From the NCBI GenBank assembly GCA_977017645.1, contig OZ360221.1, positions 199,578,001-199,642,000 of the forward strand: DNA of 64,000 nt, given 5' to 3'. Made by a program: the position numbers and the translations under genes. A model generated the notes under the pieces. The model did no database searches. It was not told the origin of the DNA and saw only the letters and a program-made list of their open reading frames with translations. Source of the stretch: Torpedo marmorata (lineage: Eukaryota). Of the stretch, positions 1-12,816 are shown piece by piece. Each line of letters opens with the position of its first letter. The stretch's first letter is position 1.

Positions 1-233
1 CAGTAATAACCAGTCCTTCGTGTAATATACAACAAAAATATACTTCTTCAAAAGTCTCGTGAAAATCATTGAACAGTGATGGTTATCTTCATCTGAAGAA
101 GGTAACTTATCTGAAGGAGGAATAATAGACAGTGAATAAGGTTATTTAAAATAACAATAGTATGTAGATGAATTGGGAAAGTGGGCAAGGATTGGGAGAT
201 GGAATTTAATTTGGACAAATGTGAAGCAATGAA

Positions 234-3200
234 AAAGATTATTCTTTTCATTCTTTTAGACACGATTCATATTCTAGGATAGATTTATTTTTATTGTCTT
301 CACAGGTTCAAGACAGAATAACACAAGCATCTTATAAAGCGAGAATAATTTCTGATCATTCACCTTTATTAATATCTTGTATAATTCCGGAAAAAGAGAA
401 AACTGTATATAGCTGGAGATTTAATTCTTCTTTATTAAAAAGAAGGGATTTTTGTGATTACATGAGAAGGGAAATTCAGGAAATTTTACAAATTAATTCT
501 AATTCTACTGATAATAAATTTATTATTTGGGAAGCTTTAAAAGCTTATTTAAGAGGTCAAATAATAAGTTATTCAGCTAAAATTAAGAAGGATTATCTTC
601 GGGAGGTGGACAATTTAGAGAAGGAGATTGAATATTTGGAGAAAGATTTGCAAAAAAATAGATCAGATCAAAAAAGGAATAATCTAGTTGGAAAAAAATT
701 GCATTATAATTTATTACAAACATATAAAATGGAAACATTAATTGAAAGAACTAAACAAAGATATTATGAATTAGGAGAAAGAGCACATAAAGTCTTGGCA
801 TGGCAATTAAAAAAAGATCAAACTTCTAGAACTATAAATGCTATAAAAAAAATTCTAGGGAAATAACGTATAAACTTCGAGAAATAAATGATTCTTTTAA
901 AGGTTATTATTTGAATTTATATAAATCTCAGATTGATCAAGATGATTCTAAAATTAATAGATTCTTATCTAAAATTAAATTACCTAAATTAAATACTCAA
1001 AGCAAAGATTTTTTGGATTCGCCTTTCTCAATGAGGGAAGTTAATGAGGTTCTTACTTCTTTAACGAGTGGTAAATCTCCAGGGGAAGATGGTTTTCCAT
1101 CAGAATTTTATAAAGAGTTTAAAGATCTATTGATACCTCCGTATATGGATGTATTGAAACAAATTACGGAAACTCATTCGTTACCGGATACATTTTTGAA
1201 TGCAATAATTACAGTTATACCTAAAAAAGATAGAGACGTGTTGAAAACAGAATCATATAGACCTATTTCATTGTTAAATGTAGACTATAAGATAATGGCA
1301 AAAATTTTAGCAAATAGCTAATTATTTACCAGATTTAATTCATGTAGATCAAGCTGGTTTTATTAAAAATAGATATTCAAAAGATAATATAGCTAGATTA
1401 ATAAGTTTAATTAATGTGCATAAAAAGAAGGAAGATCTACCATTAGTATTAACGCTAGATGCTGAAAAGGCTTTTGATAGATTAGAGTGGAATTTTTTAT
1501 TTAAGGTATTGGAGAAATTTGGTTTCGGAACTATATTTATTAATTGGATTAAAACTATATATAAAGAACCATCTGCTAAGGTAGTTACAAATGGACAAAT
1601 TTCTCAAGATTTCTTCTGACTAGATCTACTAGACAAGGATGTCCTTTGTCACCAGCATTGTTTACTTTAGCGATAGAACCATTGGCAGATTAGTTAGACA
1701 AGATGTTAAAATTGTAGGTATTAAAGTTGGAACGGAAGAACATAAAATTAGTTTATTTGCAGATGATGTATTGATATTTATGACAAAACCTATTACATCT
1801 TTAGTATAATTGTCTGCTTTATTGAGAGAATATGGGGAAATATTTGGATATAAGATTAATTCTGATAAAAGTGAAATTACGGCATTAACGCAAGGGGATT
1901 ATAGTAAATGTAAAGAAATTACACAATTTAAATGGTCAGAAGAAGGAATTAAATATTTGGGAATAAAGATCGATACAAAATTGGCTAATTTATATAAATT
2001 AAATTATTTACCATTGTTTATGAAAATTAAAAAGATTTAGAAAATTGGAAAGATTTACCTATAACTTTAATGGGAAGGGTAAATTGTATTAAAATGAATG
2101 TTTTTCCAAGAATTCAATATCTTTTTCAATCAATTCCTTATGAAATTCCTCAAAAAAAAATTTTAAATTTAAATTCAATTATTAGGAAGTTTTTATGGAA
2201 AGGAAAGTTAAACATTTGCTAGAAATATGGAACAAGACGGATAAGGAAATAGGAGGAAAAGGATCGATTTCTCCAAAGATGCCTTTATATCAAAATGAAC
2301 TTATTCCATTTACTATTAATAATCAATTATTTAAAATTTGGTTTCAAAAAGGAATTAAGAAAATAAATGACTGTTTTGAAGCTGGGAAATGTATTACTTT
2401 TCAAAGAATGAAAGATAAATTCAATATATTGGATAATACACTTTTTGCTTATTATCAAATTAGAGCATTTTTGGTTGGGAAATTAGGTTATAGTTTGATT
2501 TTACCAAGACAGATTGAATTAGAATTATTAGTTACTAAAGGAGATGTAAATAAATTTATTTCTCAAATGTATAGATTGTTTCAGAGAAAAATTCCTAAAG
2601 TAGGAATTCATAAATCAAGATTAAAGTGGGAATTAGATTTGAATGTAACAATAGATGAAAATCATTGGAAAGAATTATGTAAATTAAGTATGACGAAGAT
2701 ATAGATTAGTACAATACAATTTTTTTCATCAATTATATTTAACACCTAAAAAATTAAAGAAATTTAATCCGACATTATCAGGTTTATGTTTTAGATGTAA
2801 TAAAGAGGAAGGTTCTTTTGTACATTCTACATGGTTTTGTCCAAAAGTTTATGATTTTTGGTTGAAAGTTAAAAAAATTTTAGATAAAGTATTTAAGATT
2901 ACATTCCCAATGGATCCTATGATATTTTTGTTTGGAGATATTAAAACATTTAGTATTAAGATGAAATTAAATATGTATCAAATAGAATTTTTGCGAATTG
3001 CTTTAGCTGTTTCTAAGAAATGCATTGCTATTACATGGAAACCTGATGTAGATTTAGGGTTAGAAAGATGGCATGCAGAACTTCGTTCATGCATACCACT
3101 TGAAAAAATTACTTATAATTTACGTAATAAGTATCATTTCTTTTTCAAAATTTGGAGCCCATATATGAAAGCTGCCGGTTTAAGGAATTGAAGATCTCTG

Positions 3201-3463
3201 GACATCGGATCTACTGGCGAACCTAACCTCCATAATAGAATTAGTTTATAGATTTATTTTTTAGATTGACATTCTCCTTACTCTATCTTTTTCTTTCTTT
3301 TTATTTTATTTTTATTTTTATTTTATTAGATTAGTAGGGATGGGAGGGTTAGGGAGGGGAGGGCGGGAGGGGGGTGAAAATGTATCACAAGTATTTTGAT
3401 AATTTTATATTTTACCTTATGTATTTTGTGATTTAAAATTTTAAATAAAATATTTTTTTTTTT
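234..3463 (+). mobile_element. 5'-truncated L1 LINE (end of endonuclease, RT, C-terminal Cys region, 3'UTR), frameshifted
   Basis: ORF pieces carry ISDHSPLL, SPGEDGFPSEFYK, YRPISLLNVDYK, LDAEKAFDRLEW and CIPLEKITY. AATAAA near 3444. 17-bp TSD aaatgtgaagcaatgaa at 217-233 and 3464-3480, inside a CR1 fragment. Confidence 0.95.
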
Positions 3464-3480
3464 AAATGTGAAGCAATGAA

Positions 3481-6345
3481 CTTTGGTAGGTCTTACACGG
3501 TGAATGGTTGGTGCTGAGGAGTGTTGTAGAACAAACAGACTTAGGGATCCAGGTAGTTCCATGAAAGTGGTGACACAAGTAGACAGGGTGGTAAATAAGG
3601 CATTTGGAACAAAGAGACTTAGGGATATAGTTCCATGAAAGTGGCGACACAGGTAGACAAGGTGGTGAATAAGGCATATGGCATGCTTGCCTTCATTGGT
3701 CAGGACATTGAGTACAGGAGTTACAATTGTACAGGATGCTGGTGTATTCAGAAGTTTTGGTCACCCAGCTATAGGAAAGATATTACTAAGGGTGCAAGAA
3801 AAATTCACGAGAATGTTGCCGGGATTGGTAGGCTTGAATTATGCTGTTGTAGTCTGGCGCACTGACCTCTATCTGGCCAAAGCCAGACGACAACTCTCAG
3901 ACACCTCCTCTTACTTGCCTCTCCAACAGGACCCCACCAAAACTCATCAAACCACTGTATCACGCACCATCTCTGAACTCATCACTTCCGGTCATCTCCC
4001 CAGCACGGCCTCCAACCTTATTGTTTCCCAACCCTGCACTGCCCGTTTCTACCTCCTACCTAAGATCCACAAACTCAATTGTCCCGGAAGACCCATCGAG
4101 TCCTTGTGCTCCTGCCCCACCGAATTGGTATCCGCTTACCTCGACTCCGTTTTGTCCCCCCTGGTCCAGTCCCTTCCCAACTACATCCGGGACACTTCAC
4201 ATGCCCTCCATCACTTCACAAACTTCCAGTTCCCTGAACTCGATCGCTTCATGTTTACCATGGACATCCAATCACTATCCATCTCCATCCCCGAAGTCCT
4301 CAAAGCCCTTAGTTTCTTTCTAGACAATAGACGCAACCCACCACCTCCATCACCACTCTCCTCTGGCTGACAAAACGTTCTCACCCTCAATAACTTCTCC
4401 TTTGACTCATCCCACTTTCTCCAGGTCATAGGGGTAGCCATGGGTAACTGCATGGGCTCCAGCTATGCCTGCTTTTTTGTTGGCTACGTGGAGCAATCCA
4501 TGCTACAAGCCTACACAGGCAAGGCCCCTCAACTCTTCCTCTGCTACATCGACGACTACTTTGGTGCTGCCTCATGCACCCATAATGAGCTCGTCAACTT
4601 CATCCACTTTGCTGCCAACTTCCACCCTGACCTCAAATTCACTTGGTCCATCTCTATCAACACTCTCCCTTTCCTTGCTCTTTCTCCATCTCGGGAGACA
4701 AACTCTCAACAAACATCTTCTACAAACCCACCAATTCCCACAGCTACCTCGACTACACCTCTTCCCACCCTGTCCCCTGTAAGAATTCCATTCCCTTTTC
4801 TCAATTTCTCCTTCTCCGTCACATCTGCTCCCAGGACGAGGTCTTCCATGCCAGATCATCAGAGATGTCCTCCTTCTTAAAACAGCATGTCTTTCCCTCT
4901 ACCACCATCAGCTCGGCCCTCACCTGTATATCCTCCATTATCCGCACATCTGCCCTGGCCCCTCTGCCCCCACGCACAACAAGGATAGGATTCCCCTTGT
5001 CCTCACCTACCACCCTACCAGCCTCTGAGTCCAACATATCCTCCTCCACCATTTTCACCACCTACTACGTGTGATCCCACCAGTAGGCATATATTCCCCT
5101 ATCCTCCCCTCTCTGCCTTCCGCAAGGACGCTCCCTCCATGACTCCCTTGTCCACTCCTCCCTTCCCACCAATTGTCCCCTTGAGACCTACCCCTGTGAC
5201 CACAGATGATGTTCCATGTGCCCACACCTCTTCCCTCACCATCATTCGGGGCCTCAAACAGTCCTTCCAAGTGAAGCAACATTTCACTTGTGAATCTACA
5301 GGAGTCATCAACTGCATCCGGTGCTCCCATTGTGGTCTCCTCTACATCGGACGATTGAACGCAGACTGTGAGATCACTTTGTTGCGCACCTCGGCTCTGT
5401 CCGCCGCAATAGCGTGGATCTCCCAGTGGCCACCTATTTCAATTCCTTGTCCCATTCCCTTGCTGACCTGTCTGTCCATAATCTCATGCACTGCCAGAAT
5501 GAGACCACCCGCAAATTGGAGGAACAACACTTCATCTTCCGTCTGGGCACCCTCCATCCAAATGGCATTAACATCAACTTCTCCAGTTTCCATTAAACCC
5601 CACCCCCTTTCTTCTTCCCCCAGTCGTCTTTCCCCAAACTCTCTCTCTCTCTTCCCTTTTCCCTCTGTATCCTTTCACAGCGCCAAAATCAATTCTCACC
5701 TTTCCTCTTATCATATCCAATTAACTCCTTTTGTTGGTCTGGACTCCTCCTTCTGCCAGTCTACAGTCCCTATTCTGACATCTTCCTGTTCTTTGCTTAT
5801 TCCTTGAAGAAGGCCTCAGGACTGAAATGTCGGTAATATATTTTTACCTCCTATAGATGCTGCGAGACCGACTGAGTTCCTCTCGTATTTCTGTGTTTTT
5901 ACTACAAACATAGTGTCTGCAGACTTTTGTGTTTCACACTTGAATTATAAGGCTGGATAGGCTGGAACTTTTCACGCTGGAATGTAGGAGGCTGAAGGGG
6001 ACCTCAAAGAGGTTTAAAAAAATCATGAGGGGCATAGATAAGATTATCAGTCATAGCCTTTTTCTCAGAGGAAGTAAATCGAAAACTAGAGAGCATAGAT
6101 TTAAGGTGGGAAGATAAAGACTTAAAGGTGACCCAAGGGGTGTCTTCTTCACACAGAGGTTGGTGGGTATGTGGAACCAGCTGCCAGAGAAAGTGGTAAA
6201 AGCGGGAACAAGTCAGTTAGATGGATACACGGATAGGAAAGTAGAAGGATATGGGCCAAATGCAGGCAAATGGGACTAACTTGGTCGGCATGGAGAAGTT
6301 GAGCCAAAGGGCCTGTTTCCATGCTGTAGAACTCAATGACTCTGA
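3481..6345 (+). mobile_element. CR1 LINE 3' remnant (continues from about 120-233), interrupted by Penelope at 3843-5938
   Basis: MKVATQVDKVVNKAYGMLAFI...EYRS and QFWSP.YRKD-like motifs. CR1 3' tail ...gggcctgtttccatgctgtagaactc near 6310-6340. Short local duplication at about 3535-3680. Confidence 0.85.
3843..5938 (+). mobile_element. Penelope-like element (RT plus GIY-YIG endonuclease, 3' pseudo-LTR), degenerate
   Basis: FYLLPKIHK..PGRPI, GVAMG, YIDD and HFTCESTGVINCIRCSHCGLLYIG motifs. Hammerhead-like core at about 5802-5833. 10-bp TSD cttgaattat at 3833-3842 and 5939-5948. Confidence 0.93.
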
Positions 6346-7659
6346 AGCAAAATGCCAATGAGTCTGTGTGTTTGATAGGAAGATAATTATAAGAACCTCT
6401 GCCATATCTTGTAAGTAAAGGACATCCTTTAGTGGTTACTTGACAGTCTAGTGTTACTGAATCTCCTTTGTATTACCAGTCAGAATTGGTGATCAATGTT
6501 TACAAACTTTGAATTAGCAGTCATAAGATTATGAATTGCAAACGTTAAATTTAAAAATAGCTGCTCAGAAATGGGATTGAATTTGGCCAAACATGCATAA
6601 TACCTCTTAACCATACCCTGAGTTTCTAACAAACGATAAGTTTCTAAACTAGATCACTATAACCTGCCACTTTTGTACAACCTTCAATGGTCACAAATTA
6701 TTCCACAAACAAGTGAACAATGGGTTTTTAATAAATTTAACAGAAGGCTCCCTGGCACTTTGGAATACTGCCAGGAGACAATAGAGACTTTGTGTTGGTG
6801 GTCTTAGATGTCATTGGGCACTGCTCCATCTGTGACACCATTCTAAGCCTGGGATTCATTTGCACAAGGCAGTTCTTTCTGTTACAGATCACGTGGATTA
6901 CAAAGGATTTGCCACTACATGTCCTGACACTGCCACTTGAAACTATGCATCATGGCATGGCCTTGGTAAAAGACATTGAATTTGTTGCTGTGAAACTGTT
7001 AAAAATGTTTTCCTGTTTCTTTGAACAAATGCAAATACAACTTTTAATAAATCCAGCTTTAATGGGATTATGTTCTGTGGAATGCAATTTTCAAAAATAT
7101 CGAGTCTCAAGGAACACCCTTTTAAAGCTATTGTGCGCAGGCAAGGAGAAAATGCAGTCATTACTTTGTCTATTTGCCTTCTTGTTTTCTTAATTATTAA
7201 AAAATTTGGCCGAGGTGTTTGCTTACAACGCACCTCAGCTATGAGTTGAAGCACATAATGGCTGTCAGTTTCTGGAGCAGAAAATGGGGGAGCGACAAGA
7301 AGATCAGTGCAAAAAATTTTTGGAATTAGACATCGGCTTTCAATAGCTCAGCCATCCTGAACTGATGCACAGCACACTCAGAAGTGCAGTGACTGAGTCA
7401 GAGTCAGAACAGAAACAGGCCATTCTATCCATCATTGCTGTGGTAATGACAAATTTATGAACAGCTGAAGAGCTTATTGAGGAATGCCAGGCTAGAACAG
7501 TGAATTTCACGTCAGGTAGTTGAAGTTAATGCATGATACATGGGTAGGATGGATTTAGAGGGATACGGGTCAAATGCAGGCAGGTGGGACTAGTGTGGGT
7601 GGGACAATTCGGTCGACGTGGGCAAGTTTCCATTCTGTATGACTTCACGACAACGACAC

Positions 7660-7825
7660 ACAATCTGCTGGAGAAATTCGGTGGGTTGAGTAGCATCAGT
7701 AGGAGAAAAAGAATGGTCGAGGATTTGGGCTGGAGCCCATCATCAGGCCTCTGATCGACCCACTGAATTCCTCCAGTAGATTGTGCGTTGCTCCAGATAG
7801 CAGCATTTACAGTCTCCTGTGTGCC
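7660..7825. repeat. Fold-back element made of two inverted Penelope pseudo-LTR arms
   Basis: ctgctggagaaattcggtgggt... is mirrored by ...acccactgaattcctccagtag. Minus-strand CTGATGA-tgggctccagccc core at about 7725-7746. Similar hairpins at about 19657-19925, 36997-37220 and 51860-52060. Confidence 0.65.
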
Positions 7826-8199
7826 TCCAATTGTAGTCGATAGCTTATTACATTTTTGTGTCATTTTTAAAGTGTGCTATCAAATCGGGTTACATGGCTG
7901 TATGTAATGTTAGAGATACCCTGTTAGTTTGTTCAGAGACGAATCCTAGAATCTCACTGTAAAAAGCATTCTGTGACAAATAAACTCAAACTTAAATTAA
8001 AAACAAATCAGGTTACAATGACAACATTTATGGTGGTGCAGCGGCTCCAGAGACCCGGGTTCAGTTCTGACCTCTGGTGTTATCTCTGTGGAGTTTGCAT
8101 GTTCTCTTGCGTGGGCTTGGTCTGGTCACTCCAATTCCCTTCCCCATTCCGAAGACATGTGGGCTGGCAAGTTAATTGGCTGTTGCAGGTGTAGGTGAG

Positions 8200-8460
8200 T
8201 GGGTGGCATAGTTAGCATAGCGGTTAGCACAACGCTATTACAGCGCCAGCGACCTGGGTTCCAATCTGGCACTGTCTATAAGGAATTTGTACGTTCTCCC
8301 CATGACCTGCATGGGTTTCCTTTGGGTCCTTTGGTTTTCTCCCACCCTCCAATAATGTACGGGGTTTGTAGGTTAATTGGTGTATTTAGGGGGCACGGGC
8401 TTGTGGGATGGAAGGGCCTGTTACTGTGCTGCATCTTTAAAATTTAACATTTAAAAAATT
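8200..8460 (+). mobile_element. tRNA-derived V-SINE (HE1-like)
   Basis: A/B-box head (tagcggttagc...ggttccaatc), V-domain (gtttgtacgttctcccc) and AT tail. Inserted in an older SINE starting at about 8030. Confidence 0.8.
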
Positions 8461-10649
8461 TAAATCCGAGGGTGTTCATGGGAATGTGATGTGAATAAAA
8501 TGCTATCAGTGTCTATAAACTCGAGATGGTTGGTGAGCACTTGGTGGGCCAAAATAAAGCCTCTTCTATGCTGTGCGAATCTATAATAGGTTAATCAGCC
8601 ACTGTAAATTACCCCTAGTGTAAGTAGAGGGCAGGATAAACAGCAAGGAAGTGATGTGTATATAGGTGAGAAGGGGTTAGAGGGAAAGAATTAGGGGAAT
8701 GAGACCGACAGGATTGTTCTGAAAGTCAGCATAGAGCCAACGGGCTGAATAGCCTCATTTTCTGCCACAATAATATGAGAAACAGCACAAGGAAGAAGAA
8801 ATGAAAAGGAAATGCATGAAATGTCAACAACCATCATGTTGAGTTCCCCCGGCATCTTGTGCTTTGCTCCAGATTTCAACAACTGCAGTCTCCCATGTAA
8901 CAATCTGGTATGCCATAGTGAATGCAAAAAGAAAGAGGGAACTGTTGAGTGTATTGAGAGAAAAAAAAAAGTAGTTACATGCTCCTACGATGCCAGTGTA
9001 CCCAGAGTTGTCACCTTATACCAGAAAACAAAATCAATGACCGAGAGAGGTCAGGCAAAGGAATGGTAACTAAAGACCAGAGATTTCCCTCCACAAAACC
9101 AGATACCTGACAAATCCGTGACACAGCTATGGTTAGGAGGATCATTGAGATGTTTTGAAGGCTGAGCTGCTAAATCACGACCCAAGCAGTCGAGGCTCCG
9201 AAGCTACAACGGCAGGGCGTGTGTGTTGGGTGCTCTCTTTTCAGACATTTCAACTTTGCGCATGCAGTGATTTACAGCAGAAAGTTGTGTTTTTAGAATC
9301 AAGAACTGGGGCAGCTCAGCCGTGTTGTGCGTATCCGGTGACCCAGGTTCAATGCTGCCCTCTGGTGCTGTCCATATGTTTAAAATACTTTCCCTTGATA
9401 GATATATATAACTTTCACCTTCTTCCTATGACCACGTGGGTTTCCACCCAGTATTCAAGTTCTCTCCCACACCCCTAAAATGCTGGGTTTTGATGGGTCG
9501 ATTGGCTTGTGTAAATTCTCTCCAGTAAGCAGGTGAGTAGAGGAATCTGGGAGGTAATCACTTGTTGAGCATGTAGATGCTTACTGTGATGTACTTTATA
9601 GGAGAAGGACCACATCCTATATGAACATGCATATTTTCCTCTTGGTCCCTTCCCCAGCTTTCCTCCCCCTTTCATATATGTAACATCACCCACTTTTTAC
9701 TTCAGTCTCAACCAAGGATTCTGATCCAAAATATTGACAGACCACTTCTCCTCATCCCTGACCCACTGAGTTCCTCCAGCAGCTCACCGTTTGCTCAGGG
9801 ATCCAGCATCTGCAGTTCTTGCATTTCTTTATATATTCCATTTACATTGGTGCAGCAGATGGAATGGAAAGGTTGGACCAAGCAGCGATGGTAGTTATAA
9901 TTCATCAAGCAAGTCAAAGCTATGATGAAGGGATTAAGTGAAATTTAAGATGCAACCTGCTCACTGCTGAGAGAGATGAGGAGGAAGTGAAGCTTCATAC
10001 TTTAGTGGTTCTCTTTCGACTTTCGCTCTAGAAGGTAGAGTTTAAGATTCTCCAATTGTTCCTTCTAGCTCATCTCACTTTTGAGTTTTGTCCTTGCCTG
10101 CACTCTGCCAAAAATATATCTGTCCCTTCTGAAGTGTAGTTACAGCATATTCTGCCCTCAAGCAAAGTCAATGCTCTACTACTCTAAAGATTATATTTCA
10201 TTGTTCTGGCTATATGCACTAATATTGATTTTGCATTTTTAATTACTTTAATTGGAGCAGAAACTGCAAGGTTGAGCCACACTAGAATGCAACTTAGATG
10301 TAGGGACACCAAACTCTATGATCTATGCCAAAAGTCAAATCTTGCATTGTTTGCCCATTGTCTCAACATTGAAAGTAATGAGCCTACTTCATTTGCAGGT
10401 TCACTTCAATGTCATACTACGCTAACGCGCGTCGCCTTTTTGTACATTTGTTTAGCTTACTAATTCCCCTGATGTAAAGCTTTTGTGTGAAAATATTAAA
10501 ATTAAATTCAAATCTTGTTTGCCAATTAACAAAACATCTAATTACTTCCACCCAATGTTGACAGCATCCTTCATCTGTACTCTAGCCTCTATTTATGTTG
10601 ATGAGAATAAGCAATAATCAGTGCAGGTTTCTGGTTAACACCATTCTCC

Positions 10650-11720
10650 TTTCTCAACACACTGCCTCTTGTAGATGGCCTCGATAGAGTGAAGACTGAT
10701 GCCCATGATGGCGCTGGCCAGGTTCACACCTCTCTGTAGTTTTTTTCTTGTCCTGTGCATTGGCACCTCCATACTAGACAGTGATGCAATCATTGATGCA
10801 ACCACTGTACACCTGTAGAAATTTGCAGGAGTCTTTGGTGACATACCAAATCTCCTGAAACTCCTCACGAAGTGTAGCCGCTGGGGAGCCTACTTTGTGA
10901 TTGCTTCGACATAGAGGCTGCAGGACAAGTCTTCAGAGATGTTAAGACCCAGGAATTTTAAGTTCTTACCCCTTTCCACTGCTGTCCCCTCGATGAGGAC
11001 TGGTTCGTGTGCTCCTGATTTCCCCCTCCTGAAGTCCACAATCAGCTCCTTAGTTTTGCTGATGTTGAGTACAAGGTTGTTGTTGTGACACCACTCAACT
11101 CGCTGATCCATCTCCCCCTGTACACTTCCTCATTGCCGTCGGTGATTCTGCCGACGACTGTGGTGTCATCGGCAAATTTGTAGATGGCATTTGAATTGTG
11201 CTAGCTCACAATCATGGGTGTAGAGCGACTAGAGCAGTGGGCTAAGCACGCATCCTTGAGGTGCGTCTGTGTTGATTGTCAGTGAAGAGGAGATGCTGTT
11301 TCCGATTCGTACTGACTGTGGTCTTCCGATAAGGAAGTCAAGGATTCAGTTGCAGAGTCGGGTGCAGAGGCCCAGGTTTTGGAGCTTGCTGACCAGCACT
11401 GAGGGTATGATCGTGTTGAAAGCTGAGCTGTAATTGATGAAGAGTAGCCTGATGTAAGTGTTGCAGTTGTCTAGGTGATCAAAAGCTGAGTGGAGAGCCA
11501 GTGATATTGCATCTGCTGTGGAGTGATTGTGACAGTAGGTGAATTACAGTGGGTCCAATTCTTAGATATGAGTTAATTCTGGCCATGACCAACCTCTCAA
11601 AGCATTTCATCATCGTAGATGTGAGGGCTACTGGGTGATATTCGTTGAGGCAGCTCACTCTGCTCTTCTTGGGCACCGGGATGATTGATGCCCTTTTGAA
11701 GCAGGTGCGAACCTCCGATT
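10650..11720 (-). mobile_element. Rex1/Babar LINE RT fragment
   Basis: IIPVPKK..CLNEYHPVALTSTMMKCFERL, WCHNNNLVLNISKTKELIVDFRR and NFYRCTV motifs. Confidence 0.9.
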
Positions 11721-12009
11721 GCTTTTTTAAAATGTTCTCAAAATCTAAACAAACTACAAAAAACTTTCTCAAAATCTAAACAAACCATTGATAGATAATA
11801 TTTGCTGCAGCTTTTAAATTCTTATTAAACTTACCTAACAGCACCAGATGAGAAGTATATCAGGAAGCTGTTGCTATGGCGGTGCGTTTCCCATCAGCTC
11901 CTGAATATGGTTTCTATTATTCAAGCAAAGCTGAATGTTTTTTAGCTGTTTACATATTTATTGTAGGCAGTGTGTTTTCTAGCTTCCAATAACTTGGAAC
12001 CTTAGTATC

Positions 12010-12610
12010 ACATAGATGTTACCAGGACTGCTAGGCTTGAATTACAAGGGGAGGCTGGATAGGCTTGGATTTTTTCCATGGAGCGTAGGAAACTGAATGA
12101 CTGAGTCATAGAGTCAAGTAGCAACAAAACAGGCATTTCGACCTAACTTGTCCATGCAGACCAAAATGTCCCACCCACACTAGTCCCACCTGCCTGCATT
12201 TCCCCATATCCCTATAAACCCATCTTATCCATTTTTTAAAAAATGTCTCCACCACCTCCTCCAGCAGCCCATTCCATACACTCACCACCCTCTGTGTAAA
12301 AAAGGTGCAGGGGAAAGATTGTAGAGTTTCAATAAACCATGAGGGGTATAGATACAGTAGCTAGTCACAGTCCTTTTCCCAGCATAGGGAAATGTATAAT
12401 TAGAGGGCATCGATTTAAGGTGAGGGAGAAAAATTTAAAAGGGACCTGAGGGGCACAGAGGGTGGTGGGTATATGAAACGAGCTGCCAGAGGAAGTGGTA
12501 GAGGCAGGGACAGTCGTAACATTTACAAGGCATACTGTGGGACGAGCTTGGTCGACATGGACAAGTTTGCCTGAAGGACCTGTAGACCTGTGGAACTCTA
12601 TGGCTCTACG
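12010..12610. mobile_element. CR1 3' fragments, one inverted (about 12105-12305) inside another
   Basis: CR1 3'UTR motifs (ctagagggcat, gtggtagaggcagg, gcctgaaggacctgt) on the + strand; VWNGLLEEVV-type tail on the - strand. Confidence 0.7.
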
Positions 12611-12816
12611 AGTGTGTGCTACTGACCTGAAAGAATGTTACTCATAAAGCTAAGTAGCCAATCACAATTCTAATTCTCACAAAGAGCGAAGCAGGAAGCC
12701 CAAATTTAAATCAAAATTCCTGTAATTTTGCAGAGTTCAAAAGAAAGATTGGATCATTCACACAAACCGAGATGCAAGCTGAAATAATAAAGAAACTCTT
12801 TAAGAAGTGAAGTGTT

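Noticed and set aside
6792-7254. Overlapping 100-130 aa ORFs in unique sequence
   Set aside because: No recognisable domain; consistent with chance ORFs.
11835-11900. Minus-strand exon with donor TAG|gtaagt
   Set aside because: Stops in all three frames and no supporting context.
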